Virus record (IMG/VR): IMGVR_UViG_3300038749_000008
Span: 1 to 56,124 of that record
DNA from: a virus
Lineage: Duplodnaviria; Caudoviricetes
DNA: 56,124 bases
Direction: 5' to 3' (one strand)
Under the pieces are notes generated by a model that saw only the letters and a list, made by a program, of their open reading frames with translations, had not been told where the DNA came from and made no database searches. Each line of letters begins with the position of its first letter. Positions within the stretch are counted from its first letter, which is position 1. A program made the position numbers and the translations under genes. This document shows positions 18,053 to 27,973 of the stretch, piece by piece.

Positions 18053-19138
18053 TCAGCTCTTGGTGAGCTTGCGCAGCGAACGCGGGCGGCAGCAGATCGT
18101 GATCGGGTTGGACTGTGCCTCGACAGCCGCACGGCGGCTCGTCTGCCGCTCGGGCGGCATGAAGGCGAAAACCGGGACGCCTTTCATGTTGGTCATCCCC
18201 ATGATGTCGGGCGGCCCGAACAGCATCTGGAAGAGGCCGGGAACGTCCAGGGGGAAGAGCCGGGCCTCGTCGGTCGCGATGCCGACGCTGCCGGTCTTCG
18301 TGCCGCGATAGTTCACCCACTGGATGCCGCCGTATTCGAACGATTTGAACGCCTTGTTTTCGGCGAATACGTCGCTGTCCCGGCCGGTGTCGCGGTTCTT
18401 GCGGGCGGCCTTGACCTCCTTGTTGGAGTAGACCTGGTCGAAATAGTTGTCGCCGCAAAGCGAGACGGGGATCATCGAACCCACCGGCAGGCCTTCGAGT
18501 TCGAGCGTCATATCGCGCACGAGTTGCGTGCATTCGACCTCGAACGTGCCGCCGTCGGCGGTCAGCGTGCCGAAGTTGGTGTTCTTGTCGGCAAGAGCGC
18601 TGATCCCGAAATAGTCGAACCAGTCGTAGAGAGTGTCGCCGTCCTTATCGAGGACGATGCCCTGAATGCCGCCGATACGATGATATTCATGCGTCAGCTC
18701 GATCCGCGCCCGGAGCCCGAACGGGCCGTTGAGACGATCCTCGATCAGCCCTTCGGCCGCCTGCAGTTGCGGTTGACCCGTCAGAAGCGCATCGGCGATC
18801 GCGTTCTGCACTTCATCGGCGTTCACGCCCGCCTCGATGGCGATGTGAGAAACCGTCGCCTTGCGCATATTGCGCTTGGGATGATCGATCTGCTCGGGCG
18901 GACTGCCGCGCTCGCTCGTATTGACGATCTCGAGCGTGCCGTTGCGCTCGGCAATCGCGATTTCGGTGGTCCGCACGCCGTCGACGGCAAAGAGACGCTC
19001 CCCCAGCGAGCCCAGAAACTGGGGCACATAGGGAACGTTGTTGATCTGCGTGCTCAGCGTCATTGCCGAAAAGGCGTCGCCCGCAAAGACGTTCGCCATC
19101 TCGAACTTGCCGGTGTTAATTCCGGGAGTGAGAGCCAT
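18053..19138 (-). CDS. Major capsid protein (lambda gpE family)
   Basis: 'DAFSAMTLS', 'LTHEYHRIGGIQGIVLDKDG', 'FEYGGIQWVNY', 'EAQSNPITICCRP'. Confidence 0.93.
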   Translation of the reverse strand: MALTPGINTGKFEMANVFAGDAFSAMTLSTQINNVPYVPQFLGSLGERLFAVDGVRTTEIAIAERNGTLEIVNTSERGSPPEQIDHPKRNMRKATVSHIAIEAGVNADEVQNAIADALLTGQPQLQAAEGLIEDRLNGPFGLRARIELTHEYHRIGGIQGIVLDKDGDTLYDWFDYFGISALADKNTNFGTLTADGGTFEVECTQLVRDMTLELEGLPVGSMIPVSLCGDNYFDQVYSNKEVKAARKNRDTGRDSDVFAENKAFKSFEYGGIQWVNYRGTKTGSVGIATDEARLFPLDVPGLFQMLFGPPDIMGMTNMKGVPVFAFMPPERQTSRRAAVEAQSNPITICCRPRSLRKLTKS

Positions 19139-19243
19139 GATTTTCTCCTAGAGATATTGGCCTGGGCGCTTGCCGCGCCGATGCGGTTGAAAGAGAACCG
19201 CCGGGGCTCCAGCCGCGGCGTTGTCGTTTTCCGGTGGCGAGCG

Positions 19244-19909
19244 TCAGCGGACGATGATCGTCTTGCTCGCAAGCTGCGACTTCGCAAGGGCCTTGTCGTC
19301 GCCATCGGCTCCGGTGAAGTATTCGAGGACGAGCCCGTTCACTTCCGCCTCGCGGACGATGGCGGTCGCATTGTGATCCGCATCCGTCGCATCGACATTC
19401 GCGTAGAGCACCGCATCGGCGACCTCGGAGCCGTCCGTATTCGACGGGTTCCACTGCTTGTATTTGCCGACATCGTCCGGATCGGCGATCGCGACATGGA
19501 TGACGGCCGTGTCGCCGGCGACGAAGTCCGTCGCGGTATCGGCGAGCGTGAACTTCACCACATCGCTGAAGGCGACGCCGACCGTGCCGTGCCCGACGAC
19601 GACGCCGTCCGGCCCCTCAACAACGAACGCGCCGGCGTCGCTTGCCGGTTCGATGATGATGACCTTGTAGTCGCCGGCCAGCACGCCGGCGCCGTAGGCA
19701 GGAGTGGCGAGAGTGATCGCGCCCTTGCCGCCGCCCACGTCGGTTTTGGTGACGGTGACGTCGCCACCGGCCGCGATCTTGCCGATCACGCTGCCGGCCT
19801 TGAGGTTTTGACCCTCGAGCAGGACGATCTCCTCGCGGCTCAGATAGCCGTTCGCTTCGGAGACAAGGAACTCGGCCGTGCGACGGCCCTCGGTGATGAC
19901 AGTCGGCAT
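19244..19909 (-). CDS. Head decoration protein (gpD family) with a ~95-aa insertion
   Basis: 'EFLVSEANGYLSRE..L..GSVIG' and 'DGSEVADAVLY..VDAT..AIVREAEV'. Confidence 0.88.
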   Translation of the reverse strand: MPTVITEGRRTAEFLVSEANGYLSREEIVLLEGQNLKAGSVIGKIAAGGDVTVTKTDVGGGKGAITLATPAYGAGVLAGDYKVIIIEPASDAGAFVVEGPDGVVVGHGTVGVAFSDVVKFTLADTATDFVAGDTAVIHVAIADPDDVGKYKQWNPSNTDGSEVADAVLYANVDATDADHNATAIVREAEVNGLVLEYFTGADGDDKALAKSQLASKTIIVR

Positions 19910-19953
19910 GGCAAATCTCCTTTATGCCGGTTGGACGTGAGGATGGCAGACGG

Positions 19954-21270
19954 CTATTTCGCCACCGTCTTGCCGGCGTTCATGCGAGCGAAGATGTCGC
20001 GATGATCGAGTTTCGCGGCGGTCTTCGCAGGGGCATGCCCCTGCGTATGCGCCGGATCGGTCGACAGGTTGCCGTCCGCGCCGGCCTTGGCCTCAAAGAG
20101 CAGTTTGCGGGCGGTTTCGACGTTGACGCCGGAAGCGACGAGGCTGCCGGTCATCGATGCCAGGCCGACCGCTTTCGCGGCCTCGGCAATATCCTTCGCT
20201 TCGGCGATGCGGGCGCTCACCGTCTCCATCGTCGGTTTCGCCTTGATGAGCGAAGCCGTCAACTCGGGATAGCCGGCCGTCTGGCAGGCTTCGGCAATCG
20301 CCGACGCATCCGCAAGAACGGGCTGCGTCGGAGCGCTTGCGGTCTCGGCCGCGATCTCTTCCGCGATCTTCGCGGGCTGCTGCGTCTTCATGTCTTCGTC
20401 TCCGTCGTCGCCGGCGCCGGGGTTCGACACCGAGTTGAGCCGCGCGCCCGAGGGCGCCGTCTTTTGCTGAATAGCCATGAGGGTCTCCTCGAAGGTTGAA
20501 ACCTGATCCGCCAGTCCCGCGTCGACGGCTTCATGGCCGCGATAGACGGCCGCTTCCGTCTTCATCATCTTCTGCACATCGACGCCGCGCCCCGCGGCGG
20601 TGACCTCGCACAGCCGCGTGTATTCGGCTTCGATGGATTGCATGAAGGCCTGCTTTGCCTGCTCGGTCAGGGGAGCGAAAGGCGCGCCGTCGATCTTGTG
20701 TTCTCCGGCATAGAAATACGTGACCTTTTCGCCCCATTTCTCGAGCGCCGCCGAATAATCCCAGTGCACGGCCATGACACCGATGGAGCCGGCCTTCGCG
20801 CTCTTGGCGATATGCACACGCTCCACCGATGAGGTCAGCGCATACGCCGCCGAGCAGGCGGACTGGTTGATGCTCGCCCAGAGCGGCTTGATGCCGCGCA
20901 TCGAGCGGATGCTTTCCGCGAGATCGAGGCAGCCGGCGGCGAGACCTCCATGACTGTCGACCTCGAGGAGCACGGCCTTGATGTTGCCGTCGGTTACGGC
21001 GTCCTCGATCATGTCCGCGATCGAGAGATAGTTCGGCAGCGCGCTCCGGTAATACGACCAGGACGGGCGATGAACGAGCGTGCCGATGATCGGAATGATC
21101 GCGACGCCGTTCACCACCGGATAACATCGCGAATTGTCGATCTGCTCGCCGTCCGTCCAGTCCATCCGCTCCGGTAGTGCCGCCATCGAGGCGATGAACG
21201 AAAGGCCGAATGGCTTTTCCATGAGGATCGGCGCGCAGGAAAGCTGGCTCAGGAGTTCGGTCCGGTTCAT
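19954..21270 (-). CDS. Prohead protease/scaffold (S49 peptidase, lambda gpC/Nu3-like)
   Basis: 'VDSHGG', 'ACSAAYAL', 'GSIGV', 'AGEHKIDG'; C-terminal scaffold-like region. Confidence 0.92.
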   Translation of the reverse strand: MNRTELLSQLSCAPILMEKPFGLSFIASMAALPERMDWTDGEQIDNSRCYPVVNGVAIIPIIGTLVHRPSWSYYRSALPNYLSIADMIEDAVTDGNIKAVLLEVDSHGGLAAGCLDLAESIRSMRGIKPLWASINQSACSAAYALTSSVERVHIAKSAKAGSIGVMAVHWDYSAALEKWGEKVTYFYAGEHKIDGAPFAPLTEQAKQAFMQSIEAEYTRLCEVTAAGRGVDVQKMMKTEAAVYRGHEAVDAGLADQVSTFEETLMAIQQKTAPSGARLNSVSNPGAGDDGDEDMKTQQPAKIAEEIAAETASAPTQPVLADASAIAEACQTAGYPELTASLIKAKPTMETVSARIAEAKDIAEAAKAVGLASMTGSLVASGVNVETARKLLFEAKAGADGNLSTDPAHTQGHAPAKTAAKLDHRDIFARMNAGKTVAK

Positions 21271-22799
21271 GCGTTCTCTTCCTGCGGTTGCGGCGCCGCC
21301 GCCGCTTTCGGCTTGCGCTCAAGTCCGTGTTTCTTCTCGCGCGCCATGTCGTCGGCGCGTTGCTGGTCGATCACCTCGACATCGTCGCCGCGCTCGGCAA
21401 CCGTCGCCTGGCGGGAGGTCAGGCCGCCGTCGATCTCCGCGAGCTGCGCCTCCACATCCTGCTTTGCGTTGAGATATTCCCAGCGCTGAGGACGCCAATC
21501 GATACGGCGAAGATCTGCATCGGAAACGCTCTTGGGGACGCGCAGCGCGCCGGAAGCGATCGCGTAATCGATGAACCGCAGCGCAATCGGCTGGTTGAAC
21601 TGGAAGCACACCAGATTGAACTGCCACTGCTGCACCTGACGTTTCCAGGTGTTGAACTGGGCGCGGAAGGTTCGGTCGTTCGAATTCTTCCAGTCGCCCG
21701 TCACCTCCTCGTAGAGCGCACCGATGGTGGCGGCGACCGACTGGTAGTTGCGCGTGAGAAACGGATCGAAGTTCCCGCCGACATCGGCCGGCGTGTTGAA
21801 CTCGATATCCTCGTTGACATCGAGATATTGAATGGTGCCGGGTTCCATCGCGACGGCGGGCAACTCGCCGCCGACATTTTGAAGCACCTCGCCCCAGGCA
21901 TTGGCGAGGTCTTCCGGGCTCATGTCCTCGCTCGCGGCCCGCTTGACGAAGCCGACGATGCTCGCAACCATCTGCTTCCGGAGAAGCTCGGCGTCCACAT
22001 ACTGGTGAACCTGATGCAACGTCGTGATCGCGGCGGCGAGCCAGGGCACGCCGCGCAATTGGCCGATGCGCGTCACGTTGTAGAGGTGGCACATCTCGCT
22101 CGCGAGAACGCGACGGGGCATCAGGTCGAAACTTCTCACGCTCATCATGTAGTCGGCGGGATGCTGCGCGTAGACCCAATAGGCGACGCGCCTGCCGAAA
22201 CCGTCCCGTTCGACGCCCTGAGCGACGGAGTTCGAACCGAAGGGCAACATGTAATCGAGCGGCACCTGCTCCGTCGGGAGCAACTGAATCTGCAGCGGCA
22301 CCGGCAACCCGTCCGACAGGCGGCGGGGCCGCAAGCGGGCGAAGGTCTCGCCGCCTTCCGCGAGCTCGCTCACCGCAAGCGACTGGAGCCCGTAGAAATC
22401 GAGCGTTCCATCAGCGTCGGCCTTCAGCGTCCAGTCCGCCCAAAGTTGCGTGAGCGCCTCGCGGGTCGCCTTGTGCGAACACAGGAAGCGCGGCTTGATG
22501 CCCGTGCCGACGGTATGGATCGGCACGAGATCGAGCGCGCGCCGGGCATGCGGCACGTTGCGGCGCATGTCGCGCGAGCGGCGGACAAGTTCAGGCCCGC
22601 TGATCTGCACGACGCTGTTCGGACCGCTGCTCGTCGGCCGGAAGCCCGCCATCCGCCGGCCGGTCGAGGCGCCGTTGAACGGCCCGCTCGGCGGCTGGCC
22701 GGGACTGAAGGCGTCCATGGCGGCGTTCCACGCGCCGCGTGCGCGCGAAAGCAGCGACGGCCGCGAAGCCGACGGTGGACGACGGTCGGACATTTTCAA
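21267..22799 (-). CDS. Portal protein (lambda gpB family)
   Basis: 'RSRDMRRN', 'GTGIKP', 'DFYGLQ', 'GQLRGVPW', 'YEEVTGDW'. Confidence 0.93.
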   Translation of the reverse strand: MKMSDRRPPSASRPSLLSRARGAWNAAMDAFSPGQPPSGPFNGASTGRRMAGFRPTSSGPNSVVQISGPELVRRSRDMRRNVPHARRALDLVPIHTVGTGIKPRFLCSHKATREALTQLWADWTLKADADGTLDFYGLQSLAVSELAEGGETFARLRPRRLSDGLPVPLQIQLLPTEQVPLDYMLPFGSNSVAQGVERDGFGRRVAYWVYAQHPADYMMSVRSFDLMPRRVLASEMCHLYNVTRIGQLRGVPWLAAAITTLHQVHQYVDAELLRKQMVASIVGFVKRAASEDMSPEDLANAWGEVLQNVGGELPAVAMEPGTIQYLDVNEDIEFNTPADVGGNFDPFLTRNYQSVAATIGALYEEVTGDWKNSNDRTFRAQFNTWKRQVQQWQFNLVCFQFNQPIALRFIDYAIASGALRVPKSVSDADLRRIDWRPQRWEYLNAKQDVEAQLAEIDGGLTSRQATVAERGDDVEVIDQQRADDMAREKKHGLERKPKAAAAPQPQEENA

Positions 22800-22996
22800 T
22801 ATCCCGAACGAACGGAGCCGCGAAACGCACGAACCGGCTTCGCGCCGGAGACTTCGGTCTTCATCTCCTTCAGGATGCTGCGCATCTCGGCAAGGGTCCG
22901 ATACTCAACCTGAGACCCGTCGGAATAGGTGACGGCGCGCGCGCCGGTATCGATCGCCGCCTGCAGGGCGTCGATATCGTCTTGTGTGCGGGCCAT
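22796..22996 (-). CDS. Head-to-tail joining protein (gpW-like)
   Basis: 'IDALQAAIDTGARAVTYSDGSQVEYRTLAEM'; directly before the portal gene. Confidence 0.88.
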   Translation of the reverse strand: MARTQDDIDALQAAIDTGARAVTYSDGSQVEYRTLAEMRSILKEMKTEVSGAKPVRAFRGSVRSGY

Positions 22997-23022
22997 TTGC
23001 TACAATCTCATATTCATTATCG

Positions 23023-23358
23023 TCAGGCGAAAACGCGTTGCGGCGTCACCGGCCGTTCGCCAGCGATGAGCACCCGGCTATCGGTATCGTGTGTCCCCAG
23101 CCACGCCGGAAGCCCTTCAAGGGCCGCATCGCGCGCCGTGAGAAGCAGGTTGACGTGATAGCCGTCGCGCATGACGGCGGGCGTCACCTCTTCTCCCTCT
23201 TCATCGATCACGGCTGGCGTGACGATGATCGGGACGCCAGCATCGACGCGGGAGGTATCCCAGGTCGCGCCCTCGTCGCCCTCCCAGCGGAATTGAGCGA
23301 GCGCGGCAATCGCCTCTGCTTCGCTGCCAAATCGAAAATATGCTGTGACGCGGCTCAT
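23023..23358 (-). CDS. Small fibre-associated hypothetical protein
   Basis: ATGA-coupled to the upstream fibre gene; 'GYHVNLL...PVTPQRVFA'. Confidence 0.65.
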   Translation of the reverse strand: MSRVTAYFRFGSEAEAIAALAQFRWEGDEGATWDTSRVDAGVPIIVTPAVIDEEGEEVTPAVMRDGYHVNLLLTARDAALEGLPAWLGTHDTDSRVLIAGERPVTPQRVFA

Positions 23359-24662
23359 GCTGCGAGCCCCTGAAGCTGCGCATCTGCCAGCGCCGAACGC
23401 CAAAGCGTCATCCGCGAAATGTAAGTCGAGCCGCCGACTATGCCGGTCGCGCTCGCGCCGATGCGAAGCCCCGTAACGGTCGGCATCGCCCCTGCCACAT
23501 CGGCGGCGCTCAGCGTTCCGTTAAGAACGCCGCGCATGTCGTTGTCCATCGCGCGGATCGCGGCGACGTTCTTTCCGTTCTCTACGACGACGCCATAATT
23601 GTCGCTGCCGACGACGGCGGCACCAGTCCAAACTTGATAGTTCGCCTGAGAGGCCGTGCCGTTACGGCTCAAGATAATCCGATTGTTCACCGTGCCATCC
23701 GAAAGTGCACCCCACGCGGCATCCGACATGACCGCGATAGGAACAAACCTGACCGCCAATGAGCCCTGCCTATTCCACTCCGAGCCGAGCGTTCGGATGA
23801 TGCTGGGTGCCGCACGCGTGACACTGGCGGCCGTTGTCGGAATGTACGAAGTGGGAGAGGAGCCCACCTCGACCTGGACGCCCCATAGATAAATTCCAGA
23901 AACGCCGTCGCCAGTGAACGAGATGGAGTTATCGGCGTCGCAATGAGCAATGTAAATTACACGTGCGCCCGCAGCGGTAGAAATGCTTGTGAAGATCATC
24001 CAGCAATAATACCAGCCGTCCGCTAATGCGATCATGCCCGACGCGAGAACGCCCGCTGCCTTTGTGCCCGCGGCACCGGTGGCAAGGTTAAACCAAGCCC
24101 TCACGTTGCTGGCGAAAGTACTTTGCGCAGCCGTCGTCAGCCAAGTCCGCGTATCTCTCTTCGCAAAGACACCATAAGCGTAAGTTGTGCTATTCAGCGC
24201 GACGACACTTCCAACGCTTAGCTGCGGAATTAGTGCGGCTCCAGACGCTTCGATAGTGCGCGTAGCTGTCATCGTGCCGTCAGGCGCAAGCCCGGCGTTG
24301 GCCGCTATGGTGACGTTCGTCTTAGCCCATGCCGCACCGAAGTTTTGCGACGGAAAGCAGAGGTTCGTCCGCGCCTCTTCGATCAATTGGCCTTGGCATT
24401 TGCCCGCTGGCATGTAGAAGCAATCGAGCGAGTTGGCCGGGATCGGATAGAGCTTGCCGTCACTGCCCGTCGCAATATGCGCGGGCGTGGAGAATGTCGA
24501 GAAGAGCGATTTTATCGCGGCTTCGTCGTAGTAGGCCGCACCGTTCAAGAGCGCGCGGCGATCAGCGAGATCGATTTGAAAGGATGGGCCGTAGGGCAGG
24601 AGCCAGCCGAGCGCACCCGCCCCTCTCAGCGCCGCCCCGAGTGGACCCACGAGAACCGACAT
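23355..24662 (-). CDS. Head-spike/fibre-like protein (435 aa)
   Basis: 'GQLIEEARTNL' and 'WGVQVEVGSSPTSYIPTTAASVTRAA' motifs of head-spike fibre-type proteins, LamG-like C-terminus; lower GC; TGATG coupling. Confidence 0.7.
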   Translation of the reverse strand: MSVLVGPLGAALRGAGALGWLLPYGPSFQIDLADRRALLNGAAYYDEAAIKSLFSTFSTPAHIATGSDGKLYPIPANSLDCFYMPAGKCQGQLIEEARTNLCFPSQNFGAAWAKTNVTIAANAGLAPDGTMTATRTIEASGAALIPQLSVGSVVALNSTTYAYGVFAKRDTRTWLTTAAQSTFASNVRAWFNLATGAAGTKAAGVLASGMIALADGWYYCWMIFTSISTAAGARVIYIAHCDADNSISFTGDGVSGIYLWGVQVEVGSSPTSYIPTTAASVTRAAPSIIRTLGSEWNRQGSLAVRFVPIAVMSDAAWGALSDGTVNNRIILSRNGTASQANYQVWTGAAVVGSDNYGVVVENGKNVAAIRAMDNDMRGVLNGTLSAADVAGAMPTVTGLRIGASATGIVGGSTYISRMTLWRSALADAQLQGLAA

Positions 24663-25180
24663 CAGAACCAGATCACGCCGATGCGCAGCATGAGACCCGC
24701 GGCGGAATAGGTCGGCGTGCCGCCGCGCGTGATCGCGCCGATATATATCGACCGCGACGCCGCGCCGGCCTCCACCATAATACCGATGTTCGTTTTCGTG
24801 GCGATCCTGCATCCGCCGAGATCGACATAGTCGCTCGCTTCGATGCGCGTCACGCGCTGAACGCCTTCGGCGTCCGCGTCGGAGATCGACGGTGCGCCAT
24901 TCTCCGCGCCGAGGCTCTTGTTGCTCGCTGTCGTCAGGATGTCGAAAGCGACGCCCTGATCGTCCTTGTCGAGCACGGTGATGGACTGGATGAGAGCACG
25001 CCCGCCGTTGACGCGGACGAAATTCGCAACTTCCTGAAAGTCGGCGAGAACGTCGCCATCCGCATAAGCATTCGTGTCGAGCGTCAGCGTGACCGGGATC
25101 ACGTCGCCGGGCGTAGTCGTCGCGTCGTATTCGTTGCCGTCCTTGTCGACAAGCAATGCGGCTGCGCCCGGATTTGTCAT
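24662..25180 (-). CDS. Hypothetical virion protein (possible spike base)
   Basis: 172 aa beta-rich 'AYADGDVL...GTPTYSA..L'; coupled to the terL stop. Confidence 0.6.
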   Translation of the reverse strand: MTNPGAAALLVDKDGNEYDATTTPGDVIPVTLTLDTNAYADGDVLADFQEVANFVRVNGGRALIQSITVLDKDDQGVAFDILTTASNKSLGAENGAPSISDADAEGVQRVTRIEASDYVDLGGCRIATKTNIGIMVEAGAASRSIYIGAITRGGTPTYSAAGLMLRIGVIWF

Positions 25181-27390
25181 CTGCCGATCCTGTTCAAATA
25201 ATTCGACTTGCCGACCTTGCGCTTGCGCGTCGCCGGCTTCGGTCCGGGCCGCGACGGCGGAGACGGGTCCGGATTTTCATCCTTGTTCGCCGCGATGCGC
25301 TGGCCTTCCGGCGTATCGGCGCGAACGACCTGGGTTTCGCGCGCCGCCCCGATCTTGTCAGCCTCGCGATCGATGTCGAACTTGTGCTGCACGATCAACC
25401 CCCACAAAGCCGCATAGGCGTAGACCCGGCAATCGAGCGCTTCATGCGCCTGATCCCTCTTGGCCTCCCAGACGCGATAGGTCTTGCCGGCACGCTTCTT
25501 GACGACGAGGCGCTCGCCCGTGAGCTGCGCGAAATATCCAGCGTCGCGATCCGCCGGGAAATGCATATAGCCCTTTCCCGGCGCCTCGATTTGCAGGCAT
25601 GACGAAATCCGGTCCTTCGCGGCATTCGTGCCGATGATGAACGGCTTGTAGTCCTTCGACCGCCGCCGCGTCGCGCGGCCCGACGGCCAGACGGGCGAGC
25701 GATTGCCCGAGGTTTCGCTATCGCCCTTGATCGCCCACACCTTGCGCGCTCGGTGTGCGCGGCAGAAGGTATAGACGGCCTGCGTTCTGTGACCGCCGGA
25801 ATCGACGGTCGTCGCCGCGACGGCGAAAGCCCGCCCATCGGCGCGATGGAAATTCGACTGCAGAATGGCATCGAGGCGATCCCACACCTCTTGCTGGTCG
25901 GGATCGCCCTCGAGGACGCCATAAGCGAGCGACCATGACTCTTCGCCGCGGCCCCATCCGACAATCTCGAATTCGAGACGATCATCCTGCGTATCGACGC
26001 CACACGTTATGACGGCGACGCCGTCCGGCACCTGGGCGGGCCAGACTTCGCGGCGTTCAAGAAGCGCGGACTGCTTGACTTCGCGGCCGACGCGCGGCCG
26101 ATACGGGAGGCCGAGCTGCGTGTTCCACCAAACCTGCAGCGCGTCTTCATCGCCCTGCGCGTCGAGCCACTTCTTGGCGATATCGCGCGGCTGATCTTTC
26201 GTCCACGGGCTCAGCAGCTTTCCCGCCTGAAACCCCGCATGCTCGTTATCGACGCCCCAGCCCCCGCACTTCGGACACTTCGCCCTATAGACAGCCCAGC
26301 GAGGGCCCTCCCACCAATCCCAGACCTGCGTCACGGGATCGGCGGCCCCACCGGACAGCGCGCCACGCCACGCCTTCTCATAGGCGTCGAGCGGCGAATG
26401 CGTCAGGCCGCAGCACTTGAACGGCCGCGTCTGATGCCACCTGATCGTCCGCAATGCGCGAAGTCGCGCGCCTTCGGACCAGCCGGTCGCGCAGGCTTCG
26501 CAATAGAGGCTCGCTGTCTTCGCCTGGTGCCGGCCGTCTTCGTCCTTCGACCATTCGACATGGCGAAAGAAATCGAGAAATTGTCGATGGCCGCAATGCG
26601 GACACTCCACCGATGCGCGACGCTGATCCGATTCCGCATAGCTCTTCGCGATGCGGCTCTCATCTTCCACCGTCGGCGAGCAGACGCGAATGGAAAGCCA
26701 ATTGACGAACGAAGCCGTGCGTTCATCGCCGAGTGCGATCGGGTCGCCTTCGCGCGTTACCGGGTATTTGTCGATTTCGTCGTAGAGAACGATCCGCACC
26801 GGCCGGCGCGCGAGATTGTCCGCGCTGCCCGCGCCGACGAGGGCCAGAAACCCGCCCGGAAACTGATGAAAGGTCAGCGTATTCTCCGGCTCGACACCGG
26901 CATTCTCTTCCTTCTCGCGCTCCGCCCGCGTCGCGCGGCGGCGCTTCCGGTTGGGCGCGATCAGATCCCGCAGAACCGGCGTCGTCTTGATGAGCGGGAT
27001 GATCCGCTCCTTCGAAAACTGCTCCGCCGCATCGTCTTTCGGCTGCACCAGAAGGATGGGCGCCGGATCGAGATGAGCGAAGAAGCCGAAGACGTTCTCG
27101 ATGAACGCCGTTTTCAACAACTGCGTGCAGGCCATCACCGTGACGACATGAACGCCGGGCTCGGTCACGGCGAGCATCGGGCCGCGTGCAGCCTCTACGG
27201 TCGAAGTATCCCAGTCGCCTCCCCGGCTGCCGCTCTGCTTCGCGAGCTTGCGGTTTTTGTCCGCCCAGTCCGGAACGCTGATCCGCGGCGGAGGCATCCA
27301 CCCCCGGCGAAACGCGAGTTCCAGGCGCTCAAGCTTCTCCTCCAGGCTTGGCACCCGGATCGCCAAGCTTTTCGAGTTGAGACTGAACAT
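25177..27390 (-). CDS. terL: Terminase large subunit (lambda gpA family); start may be GTG 27354
   Basis: 'PPPRISVPDWAD', Walker A-like 'MACTQLLKT', 'LYDEIDKYP', 'CSPT', 'GVDTQDDRLE', 'VDSGG', 'HEALDCRVYA'. Confidence 0.95.
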   Translation of the reverse strand: MFSLNSKSLAIRVPSLEEKLERLELAFRRGWMPPPRISVPDWADKNRKLAKQSGSRGGDWDTSTVEAARGPMLAVTEPGVHVVTVMACTQLLKTAFIENVFGFFAHLDPAPILLVQPKDDAAEQFSKERIIPLIKTTPVLRDLIAPNRKRRRATRAEREKEENAGVEPENTLTFHQFPGGFLALVGAGSADNLARRPVRIVLYDEIDKYPVTREGDPIALGDERTASFVNWLSIRVCSPTVEDESRIAKSYAESDQRRASVECPHCGHRQFLDFFRHVEWSKDEDGRHQAKTASLYCEACATGWSEGARLRALRTIRWHQTRPFKCCGLTHSPLDAYEKAWRGALSGGAADPVTQVWDWWEGPRWAVYRAKCPKCGGWGVDNEHAGFQAGKLLSPWTKDQPRDIAKKWLDAQGDEDALQVWWNTQLGLPYRPRVGREVKQSALLERREVWPAQVPDGVAVITCGVDTQDDRLEFEIVGWGRGEESWSLAYGVLEGDPDQQEVWDRLDAILQSNFHRADGRAFAVAATTVDSGGHRTQAVYTFCRAHRARKVWAIKGDSETSGNRSPVWPSGRATRRRSKDYKPFIIGTNAAKDRISSCLQIEAPGKGYMHFPADRDAGYFAQLTGERLVVKKRAGKTYRVWEAKRDQAHEALDCRVYAYAALWGLIVQHKFDIDREADKIGAARETQVVRADTPEGQRIAANKDENPDPSPPSRPGPKPATRKRKVGKSNYLNRIGR

Positions 27391-27973
27391 ATTTCGTCAG
27401 AACCTCGACCACCACATCGGCCTCCAGGCCGAGGTCGGCGGCGATCAGCGGACCGACCTTCGTCGGCCAGTCCATCCAGGCGTCGCGCGCCTTGCGCGAC
27501 GTTTCGAAGAAGAGAGTTTCGACCTTCTCGGTCTCGACCAGCATTCCCGCACGTTCCCGCATGTCGAGAATGTGCTTGAGAGCGAGGTTGTTTTCTTTGA
27601 TCCGCTCGGCTTCGGAAGCCTTGAGGTTTCGTCCGGCGAGAATGTCTTCGATCAGGTCGTCGGTATCGTGGACGAACAGATCGAGCTCGGGCGGCTCGCC
27701 ATCATCGGCGTAGCCATCGCTCGGTCGGCTGATCCTGACCGGGCGCGGAGGAGACGCAGGTCGAGGTTTCGCGGGCGTGGATTTGTTACCCTGTTTCGAG
27801 GTAACACCCTCGCGGAAGCGGCCTAGACGATGCTCTTTGAGCAGCGCGTCCGTCGCTTCCAGATCGACCTTACCCTCTGAAAGAATTAGGTAATCCCCGT
27901 CCTTCCATTTCGTTACCGTCTTTCGCGAAACGCCGTGCAGCTTCGCGTATTCGGCCTGGGTAACAAGCGTCAA
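27329..27973 (-). CDS. terS: Terminase small subunit (Nu1-like)
   Basis: N-terminal wHTH 'TQAEYAKLHGVSRKTVTKWK', C-terminal 'GMLVE..RKARDAWMDWP'; overlaps terL. Confidence 0.88.
   Translation of the reverse strand: MTLVTQAEYAKLHGVSRKTVTKWKDGDYLILSEGKVDLEATDALLKEHRLGRFREGVTSKQGNKSTPAKPRPASPPRPVRISRPSDGYADDGEPPELDLFVHDTDDLIEDILAGRNLKASEAERIKENNLALKHILDMRERAGMLVETEKVETLFFETSRKARDAWMDWPTKVGPLIAADLGLEADVVVEVLTKYVQSQLEKLGDPGAKPGGEA

Noticed and set aside
17972-22913. Long + strand ORFs (17972-20005, 677 aa; 21288-22913, 541 aa)
   Set aside because: Antisense in-register shadows of the capsid, decoration and portal genes, expected from high GC3 codon bias; no recognisable motifs.
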